This document shows, in pieces, positions 19,377 to 28,000 of a stretch of DNA of 32,000 nucleotides. Position 1 is the first letter of the stretch. Every line of letters begins with the position of its first letter. The notes beneath the pieces are model-generated. The model saw only the letters and a list, made by a program, of their open reading frames with translations. It made no database searches and was not told where the DNA came from. The position numbers and the translations under genes were made by a program. The DNA lies in the sequence record CM051313.1; one strand, given 5' to 3'.

Positions 19377-19449
19377 GCCGGGATAGCTCAGTTGGTAGAG
19401 CAAAGCATTGAAAATGCTTGGGTCACCGGTTCAAGTCCGGTTCCTGGCA
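19377..19449 (+). tRNA. trnF: tRNA-Phe (GAA)
   Basis: Manual fold. Acceptor GCCGGGA/TCCTGGC, D arm AGCTCAGTTGGTAGAGC, anticodon loop TTGAAAA, T arm ACCGG-TTCAAGT-CCGGT. Confidence 0.9.
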
Positions 19450-19637
19450 ATTCCCTAATGGACCAAAAGCAGTCATTCAAATATAGGTATGAGGAGAGAA
19501 ATGTATGCGCCACAAGGCGCACTGCCACTGCTTAATATAAATACCTTGTTTAAAGTCGATTCTCAATCTTCTTTTTGATCTGGAGATGAAATATTTAGCA
19601 CAACGCAAAAATATAGCATCTTTAAAAATTAACTTAA

Positions 19638-19892
<255 letters not shown>

Positions 19893-19982
19893 TTTTTTAA
19901 TTCACTTGGCGTTTAAAAAACCTTTAAAAAAGGGAGTATCTTGGTGAGATCCTCCATAAATTTTAAATTAGGTAGCCTCTTC

Positions 19983-20018
19983 CTTTGGGTACATTTATTA
20001 ATATAAATGTGCCCAAAG
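19983..20018 (+). terminator. Stem-loop downstream of psaC (16-bp arms with one G.T pair, 4-nt loop)
   Basis: ctttgggtacatttat-taat-ataaatgtgcccaaag, read directly, about 90 nt past the psaC stop. Confidence 0.5.
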
Positions 20019-20498
20019 TTCTTAACAAGAAAATATAAATTCCCATAAACTTTTGGCTTATTTAATTGGAACGTTTACTTTTAAAAACTATATAAAAATT
20101 AAACAACTTACAAAGTTGGTTTAAAGTATCTATTTAATGTTTTTCAATCATTTTAATAAAGAAATGACATGCACAAGAACCTTATTAGTTTTAAATCGCA
20201 TGTTAGCTTTAAAAGCTAACTTTGTTTTGCACTCTGTGAAATCTTATTTGAATGTGTCAGGGGTTAACAAGACTCTTCCAGCCAAAGGCAGTGCCGGTGT
20301 AAAAAACGGCTTTATTCTATCCCATTTAGGATGCCAATGACAGTTAGAAAGCCTTGATATTCCTAAAGCAGTCAAGCATCACTATTAAATTGTTCACAGT
20401 CCGCATATTTTATTTGATCTTTTTGAGAAGATAAAAATTACCTTCCGCTTTTGAAAAAATTTAGCCGAAGAGTTTGATTTAAACTAATTCAGTTAAAA

Positions 20499-20630
20499 AT
20501 GATTTTTGATTTTAATTATATCCATATTTTTATGTTAACAATCACAAGTTACGTAGGTTTACTTATTGGTGCTTTAGTTTTTACTTTAGGTATTTATTTA
20601 GGTCTTTTAAAAGTTGTAAAACTTATCTAA
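20499..20630 (+). CDS. petL: Cytochrome b6f subunit PetL (ycf7), 43 aa
   Basis: Manual translation gives [43 protein letters not shown], a single hydrophobic helix typical of PetL. The internal Met12 is an alternative start. Confidence 0.8.
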
Positions 20631-20689
20631 TTTATTAATGAGTAAAACCACGCTAATGGGTTTTTACTACTACATTTTTTATATATAAT

Positions 20690-20717
20690 TGTAAGAGCAC
20701 AGCAACGTGCTCTTACA
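20690..20717 (+). terminator. Stem-loop downstream of petL (11-bp stem tgtaagagcac / gtgctcttaca, 6-nt loop)
   Basis: Perfect inverted repeat read directly, 60 nt past the petL stop. Confidence 0.55.
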
Positions 20718-20961
20718 TTTTCCGGTTATTTAAGTACCTACCTAAATTCAAATAAATGCGTTAAGTTTGAGACTGCAAAGCTGCCAGTGTCTAGAAACAA
20801 AAAGATCCACTTTTTTTCTCTATTTTGTTATGAAACTAAATATATAGATAATTTTAATACAATTTCAGTGTGTTAAGTGAGATTTTAGTTTAATTAAGAA
20901 AAATACTTGTTTTTTCTATAAATTTATGATATAATAATATATAATTTAATGTCTATTCTAA

Positions 20962-21033
20962 TCTTCAGTAGCTCAGTGGTAGAGCGATCGGCTGTTAACC
21001 GATTGGTCGTAGGTTCAAGTCCTACCTGGGGAG
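20962..21033 (+). tRNA. trnN: tRNA-Asn (GUU)
   Basis: Manual fold. Acceptor TCTTCAG/CTGGGGA (two G.U pairs), D arm GCTCAGTGGTAGAGC, anticodon loop CTGTTAA, T arm GTAGG-TTCAAGT-CCTAC. Confidence 0.88.
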
Positions 21034-21249
21034 TTATATTTATGTTAATTTAATGTTAAAATATTAACATCTTATGCGTCTTTGGACGCACTTTATTAGC
21101 ACCCTTCAAGTAAACTTTTTGGTTGAGGTGACCACACAGCGTAAAGCAAATTCCGTTGAGACTTATTGACCTGAAGAGTATAATGGCTTATTACCCTTTC
21201 AGGCCGATAAACAGACTTATAATTGTTTATCTCATATTGTAAATCTTTT

Positions 21250-22010
21250 AGGGATGTTCCCTGCGGAACGTCCCCTTCGGGATTTTAATGCAATAAATAA
21301 ATTCGTCAGTGGCAGTTGCCTGCCAACTGCCGAGGCAAATAAATTTTAGTAGCAGTTGCCTCGCCTATCGGCTAACCGTTTTGGGACGTCCTAATATAAA
21401 TATTGGGATATTTATATACAATAAATAAATTTGTCCCCTTCGGGCAAATAAATTTTAGTGGCAGTTGCCTGCCAACTGCCTAGGCAAGTAAACTTAGAAT
21501 AAAATTTATTTGCTGCGCTAGCAGGTTTACATACTAGGATTTTAATACTCCCAAGTTTACTTGCCCGAAGGGGAAGGAGGCAGTGGCGGTACCACTGCCA
21601 CTGGCGTCCTCCTTCGGAGTATGTAAACATGCTAAGTTTACTTGCCTCCTTCGGAGTATATAAATATCCCAATATTTATATTAGGACATCCCCTTACGGG
21701 GATATAAATATTAGTGGCAGTGGTACAATAAATAAATTGTATTAAAATAAGATATTTATATACTGCGATAAACTTTAGTTGCCCGAAGGGGTTTACATAC
21801 GATATTAATACTTCGCAACCATAAATAAATTTGTCCACTAAAATTTATTTACCCGAAGGGGACGTCCTAATATAAATATCGTTGTTACTCCCCTTCGGGG
21901 TTGCAAGGCAACGCAAGAGGCAGCATTAAAATTCTAGGTAAATAAATTTTAATTGATATTTATATACCTGAAAGGGGGGGTATGTTGTCCCTTTACGGGT
22001 ATATAACTGT
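21250..22010. repeat. Short dispersed repeat (SDR) cluster
   Basis: Same modules as the other clusters. It shares 83-bp and 68-bp identical stretches, in the same orientation, with the cluster at 24125..24842. Confidence 0.9.
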
Positions 22011-22297
22011 GCTTGCTTATCAACGAACACGTTTGGTTGAAGTATATAAACATCACGGTTGGGGAAAGCCATGACCAATGCTTTTTTATTACTAGAAATT
22101 GTCCTTTAGTCTGAATCCAAAGTTTTTGAGCTATAACAATTTTGTGAAATAATAAACTTTTGCTTTGAAGTTGTGGAGCATTAGTAGGTACTGACTAGTT
22201 TTTGAGAAAACAACTACAAAATACTTTATATTAATGGCATTATCCAATCCAACACCATTGTACAAATAATAGTTGCTTAAAAGTTATGTTGAGATTT

Positions 22298-23884
22298 TTA
22301 TAAAACACTATCAAAAATATAAAAATAGTTAATTTTGTCAATAAAAATAGTAGATTTTTGAAGATACTTACTATAAGTCATTTTTTTTTTATATGTTTTA
22401 GACCATTTCCATAATATTTGATTTAAAATTTTTTTTACATATAAAACTAAATGAACTAAAAAGTTTTTTAAATTTAAAAAAAATGTGGTTAAGCTCGAAC
22501 CCCCTTTGAATTTTACTTTTTCTCTTCGCCCATTTGCATTATAACATTTATTTACGGCCTCCTTACGGCGTATATTAATGTTGTTAGTAGGTTTCCAGAC
22601 TCCATAAGAAAGTAAATTAATGTCATTTTTACTGACGCCAAAGTGATTGGTTACAGCATAAACCGTAGAAAAACACTTGAACGCAAGTTTTGACTTGTTT
22701 AACTGTATCTGAGGAGTAAATCCAGTAGCTTTAGGTGCAAAGCAATTACTATGTGTAATAATTAAAAAAAAATATGTAGCAGAGTATGTTGAGTTTACAC
22801 ATTTTAAAAAAGTGTGACATACTTCTTTTATTTTACTAAACTTAAAAAATATTTGTTGTGATAGATGTGAGAGATTTTTGCCTCTTTTGGGCATACACAT
22901 ATTAAAATTTTTAAATAATTGATAACGAGGTAAATCTAATTTAGTTGCAGTTGTATTGAAACTCTTTATTTCGTTTTTAAGCAATTTTTGTTTTAGAGGC
23001 ATTTGTTCAAGTGAAAAAAATTCTCTACAAAAGATTAATACTTGTAATATTTTTAAATTTACTAGGTGAATAAAATTTTTTATATTATGGGGACTGTATA
23101 TAAATAAACTCCCGACTAATTTTGTTGTCAGAGTTTGGGTTAAAGGGTTTTTGAAAATATATTTAAATTCTTTTATTTTTTTTACAAATAATTTAAAAAA
23201 AGTGTGTTTGATTATTTTTTTATATTTATGTGTATAATTTTTTAAATAAGACAAATTGGCTACAAAAGGATTACGTTGAAATATAAAACTACTCTCAAAT
23301 TGCGCTTCTTCCATCAAGTTGTTTTCTTGTATTGGAAAAGTACTACTTGTAATGTGGATTTGTCTAGGCAGTTGGCAGGCCTCTTCCCCTGCGGGAAACT
23401 CAAGAAGCTCCAACGAAGGTGGGAGCTTCTCCCCATTGGGGATATAAACATCGCAAGATTGAAAATTGGTTACCCTAAGTTTATTTGCTCGAAGCGGAAA
23501 GTATGTCTCCCCTTTGGGATATTTATGTACTTCGTAAGGAGGTAAGTAAACTTCAACAGCCACTGACGTCCTTACGATGTATGTAAATTTGCTAGCGCAG
23601 CCAATCAAATTTATAAGATTTAAATGTTGCGCTGCAGGCAGTGGCGGTACAACTGCCCCTGGCGTCGCAAAGAAAACGTCCTTACCCTCAACTGCATACT
23701 TTGACCAATAGATCAAATGATTTTTGGGTCTGTCAACAGGCATTTCTTGTTGGGAAAGAGTAAGTAGAAACGGATGCGTGACTTGTTGGCTTAAGACAAG
23801 AGAATTAAACAATTTGGGAGTGATGGTGGATAGTTGTATTGGTTTAAAAAATCCAATAAATGAAAAAAGGTTTGAATGATGCAT
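22298..23884 (-). CDS. Unassigned 528-aa ORF (hypothetical protein); the middle third is SDR-derived
   Basis: A 1587-nt stop-free frame in DNA of about 70% AT. The composition is N/K/F/L-rich, like the expanded parts of orf2971 and rpoC1. I recognise no conserved domain. It is on the same strand as rpoC1 and downstream of it. Confidence 0.55.
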   Translation of the reverse strand: MHHSNLFSFIGFFKPIQLSTITPKLFNSLVLSQQVTHPFLLTLSQQEMPVDRPKNHLIYWSKYAVEGKDVFFATPGAVVPPLPAAQHLNLINLIGCASKFTYIVRTSVAVEVYLPPYEVHKYPKGETYFPLRANKLRVTNFQSCDVYIPNGEKLPPSLELLEFPAGEEACQLPRQIHITSSTFPIQENNLMEEAQFESSFIFQRNPFVANLSYLKNYTHKYKKIIKHTFFKLFVKKIKEFKYIFKNPLTQTLTTKLVGSLFIYSPHNIKNFIHLVNLKILQVLIFCREFFSLEQMPLKQKLLKNEIKSFNTTATKLDLPRYQLFKNFNMCMPKRGKNLSHLSQQIFFKFSKIKEVCHTFLKCVNSTYSATYFFLIITHSNCFAPKATGFTPQIQLNKSKLAFKCFSTVYAVTNHFGVSKNDINLLSYGVWKPTNNINIRRKEAVNKCYNANGRREKVKFKGGSSLTTFFLNLKNFLVHLVLYVKKILNQILWKWSKTYKKKMTYSKYLQKSTIFIDKINYFYIFDSVL

Positions 23885-24124
23885 TATGGTTACAAGTTTA
23901 GTTTTTAAATAACACTAGATTTTCGTAGAAACCCTTTTGGCGTGTTAATATTATCTTTTGCTCTTAGGGCATATAAATATAGACGTTTCTTGACAAAACT
24001 GTGCAACCCCAAAGAGGAGTAAAGAAATGGTTAGAGAATACTGTATCAGGAGGACCCTAATTGCAATGGTACTTTGACGTTCCGCCGATGGACTAGCCGA
24101 ACGGCTAAGAAGTCAAAAAACTTA

Positions 24125-24842
24125 TGTCCTCTACGGGACGCCCGTGGACGTCCCCTTACGTGAATATAAATATTAGTGGACGTCCCCTTCGGGCAAATAA
24201 ATTTTAGTGGCAGTTGCCTCCTTCGGAGTATATAAATATAGGCAGTGGCGGTACCACTGCCACTAAAATTTATTTGCCCAAAGGGGACGTCCTGCCAACT
24301 GCCGATATTTATATACTCCCATGCTTTGCCCCTTACGGGACGTCCCCTTCGGGATTTTAATGCAATAAATAAATTCGTCAGTGGCAGTTGCCTGCCAACT
24401 GCCGAGGCAAATAAATTTTAGTGGCAGTGGTACAATAAATAAATTGTATTAAAATAGGATTTTAATACTCCCAAGTTTACTTGCCCGAAGGGGAAGGAGG
24501 CAGTGGCGGTACCACTGCCACTAAAATTTATTTGCCCGAAGGGGACGTCCTAGTATATAAATATCGGGAGTTGGCAGGCAACTGCCTCCTTCCCCTTCAG
24601 GCAAGTAAACTTAGGAGTATATAAATATAGGACGCCAGTAGCAGTGGTACCGCCACTGCCTGCTTCCTCCTTCGGAGTATGTAAACATCGCAGTATATAA
24701 ATATCCTATTTTAATACTCCGAAGGAGGCAGTTGGCAGGCAACTGCCACTGACGTCCACTGGCGTCCCGTAAGGGGAAGGGGACGTCCTTCGGAGTATTA
24801 AAATCGGCAGTTGGCAGGACGTCCCCGAGAATGTAAACCTCC
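24125..24842. repeat. Short dispersed repeat (SDR) cluster
   Basis: Dense SDR modules: gggacgtcc, ggcagtggcggtaccactgcc, ggcagttggcaggcaactgcc, actccgaaggagg, atataaatat. Confidence 0.9.
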
Positions 24843-24985
24843 TAATCAACTATAAGGGCTGTAAGGCGCCAAGTTACTGTTAACGACATATGAACAAATT
24901 AATTGGATCACGAAGGACAAAAGGCAAATCATGGAGCAATTGAACGTTCCCCTGAGTGGAATTTGATATTTAGAGATCAAAAAAA

Positions 24986-25053
24986 GCTGACTCACACGGA
25001 TTATATATGTTAACTCACTTGTGAGTTAACATATATAATCCGTGTGAGTCAGC
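24986..25053 (-). terminator. Perfect 33-bp-stem hairpin (2-nt centre) 3' of rpoC1
   Basis: gctgactcacacggattatatatgttaactcac-tt-gtgagttaacatatataatccgtgtgagtcagc. The arms are exact reverse complements. It lies 43 nt past the rpoC1 stop on the minus strand. Confidence 0.7.
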
Positions 25054-25095
25054 GAACCCATCTTTTTAGGTATCTAGAGGTGGTGCAGTTAAATA

Positions 25096-28000
25096 TTATG
25101 ACAGAGCTGTATTTTTACGAATAAAATAGTTATCTATTTCTTGATCAATGGCATTAACTAATTTATTTTTAATAAAACCTCCTTTAAAATTAGATTTTGA
25201 TAATAATTTTGGACGTTTTTCAATAGCATTTTTAACTATAATATTAAATAAAATTTTACCTGGTGTTGTTCGAATTATTTGCGTCGTTAATTGTGGTAAA
25301 TGGATATTATCTTTAATTTGACCTCTTTGAGCCACTAAAGTACTGTGATTTACATTTAAAAGATTATGTGTTTTTGAATAGATTTCCATATAATTGAGAT
25401 TTAAATATCTTAAGTCTAAGATATTTTTGTTCACTTCCCCTTCGGCTACATTAATTTGAGGTAAATTACCAGCATTTGCTTCGGCTATTAAGCCGTTCGA
25501 AGAATATGCATCTTCCCGAAGCAGCAACTGCCATTGGCGCCCTGCTAACGCAGTATAAGATCCTTTTTGAGAATAGAAGTATTTTTGATTTAATGGAATA
25601 CGAATTTCAAGGGGTTGTTCAATGTTATTAGCTGTTTCAAGATGTCCTTGTATATTAACCCAAATAACAGCGTGTAAGTGGATTAAGTGTTGATTATAAG
25701 CTTTTAAAACCTCATGAATATTATGGAAATACATTCCTGATCCTTTTTTTAATTTACTCCATTTTTCCGCACAATTTGTTGTCAAATAATAACAACCTAA
25801 AACCATATCTTGGCTTGGTAAAATGAGTGGTTCACCAGTAGCTGGAGATAATAAGTTATTTCTGGCTAACATTAATTTCCAAGCTTCCGCTCTAGCTTCA
25901 AAGGTAATAGGTACATGTACGGCCATTTGGTCACCATCAAAATCGGCATTAAATGCAGGACAAACTAATGGGTGTAATAAAATAGCTTTTCCATCTACTA
26001 ATTTTGGTTGGAAGGCTTGGAAACCTAATCTATGTAATGTAGGTGCACGGTTTAAAAGAACTGGACACGATTTCATTATTTCACGTAATAATTGAGAAAC
26101 TAATAATGGATTTGTTCGAATTAATTTTTTAGCAGATAAATAAGTATCAGCTAATTTTTCATTTAAAATACGTTTAATTAAAAAAGGCGAATATAAAACT
26201 AACGCCATCTCTTTAGGAATACCACATTCATGCAATCTTAAACGTGGTCCCACCACAATAACTGAACGACCTGAATAATCTACACGTTTACCTAACAAAT
26301 ATTGGCGGAATCGACCTTGTTTACCTTTTAGAATATCTGAAAGTGATTTTAATAAACGACCTCGTGCATCTTTTTCGGGCACTACACCACTTTTACCATT
26401 TTGAATTAAATTATCCACTGCTTCTTGTAATAAACGTTGTGCATATTTCATTTCAAATGAACTACTTAAAGCTGGATCTTTTAAGAATTTTTTTAAACGT
26501 TCATTTCGATAAATAATCCGTTGATATAAACGATTTAAATCTGAAATAGTAAATTGGCCTGACATTTTTAAAACAGGGCGTAAAACTGGCGGTAATACAG
26601 GTAAAAGGGTTAAAATCATGTTTAAACCATTTGTTTCTGTTGTATTTTGTAAAGCCTGCAGTTTACTAACATTAAAAATTTTTGTAACTACAGAAACGTT
26701 TTTAGTTGTTTCGGCTGCAGAAGATGTCCCTTTTGACGAAACAAGCTTAAGTGTTAATTGTCCATCAACTGTTTTAAAATTATCATTTGGAATAAGTTTA
26801 TTAAAAATTTTACGGGTTAATTTTGTGCGACGAATTAAAACATCACGAATATGACAGGCTTTATAATACTGATAACGACTTTTTCTATTACCTGTATTTA
26901 TACCTTTAGATGAAGTACCCATTACTTTTTTTAATTTTTGAACATGCTTATTATATTGGAAAAGTAATATACGATTTTGTTTATCCATTTTTTTTAATTC
27001 TGTAAAATTAAAATCATTTAATAATTTTTGAATTAATCCAGCCCCTGAAAACGCTGTATTTATATTCATACCTAAACTATAAATAGCTGTTTGTGGTGTA
27101 TTTGCAAGAGTATTATCCATACTAAATAATGAATCATAATTACGAGATTTATATAAAGGGATAAGTTTATCATTAATTCTACCTGGTGAATAATAATAAT
27201 AAGCAAAATCTTGCCAATCTTTATCTTGTTCCCACAGTTCTCTATGCGATAGGCAGTAAATATTATTTACTATTAGATTTTTTGTTTGCGACGCAGTTTC
27301 TATAAAATCCGGTTGACGCCCGATTTTGGAGTGCCAAATATTCAATCTAACATTTATGTTATTGCTTTTTTCCACTTGTGGCGTATAAATAGATAACTGT
27401 AATGTGGTCAGCGGAGGTAAAGACATTTCGTCAGTTAGTTTAGAAAAAGCTAACTTTGATGCCATTTTAACTTTAATTAAAGTGTCAGTTAATCCCATTA
27501 GATACATATTGGAACCTTTAATCGAAATTAGTCTTTTTCCGGTGTATCTATCTAAGTCCTGTGTTGCAAGTAAAATAACACGGTTAATCCATACGTTATT
27601 TTGTGTTTTTACACCATCAAACTTAGTACAAAGTAATTTGATACTTTGACTAGGATACAGAACTGCCATTGATGACAGGTTTGTGTCATTAATCATATTT
27701 ATATTATGGAAAGGGTTCACATTAAAACTAAAAATAATGTTTGTTTTGTTTACTAGTTTTTGTAAAGCTGTGTTTTGAGTTAATTGTAATAAGAATATAC
27801 TTAAAGGTGATATTAAATTCAGGTGTTTTTTATAACTAAATAATGTAAATGATAGAATTAGATATTTAAAATACTTATTTTTTAATTTTTTTAAGTCCGC
27901 TAATACAGAATTATATAAGTTATAAATGAGTTGTTTTTTCGTTTTCTTTAAAAAGAAAAAATATAAAGTAAAAATTTTTAGCATTTTTAAAGAACTACAA

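Noticed and set aside
21412-21838. ORFs 21412..21672 and 21638..21838 (-), together with 31599..31859 and 31769..31996 (+).
   Set aside because: They lie wholly inside SDR clusters. Their peptides (GGRQWQWY, ACQLPRQ, RGRPLKF) are simply translated repeats.
23276-23545. 89-aa ORF antisense to the 528-aa ORF.
   Set aside because: It lies in the SDR-derived part of the ORF, has no independent signals, and is typical of an antisense artefact.
22298-24842. The 528-aa ORF plus flanking repeats as a transposon (Wendy-like element).
   Set aside because: There are no terminal inverted repeats specific to the unit, no target-site duplication and no recognisable transposase, integrase or RT motifs. 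The flanking repeats are ordinary SDR material.
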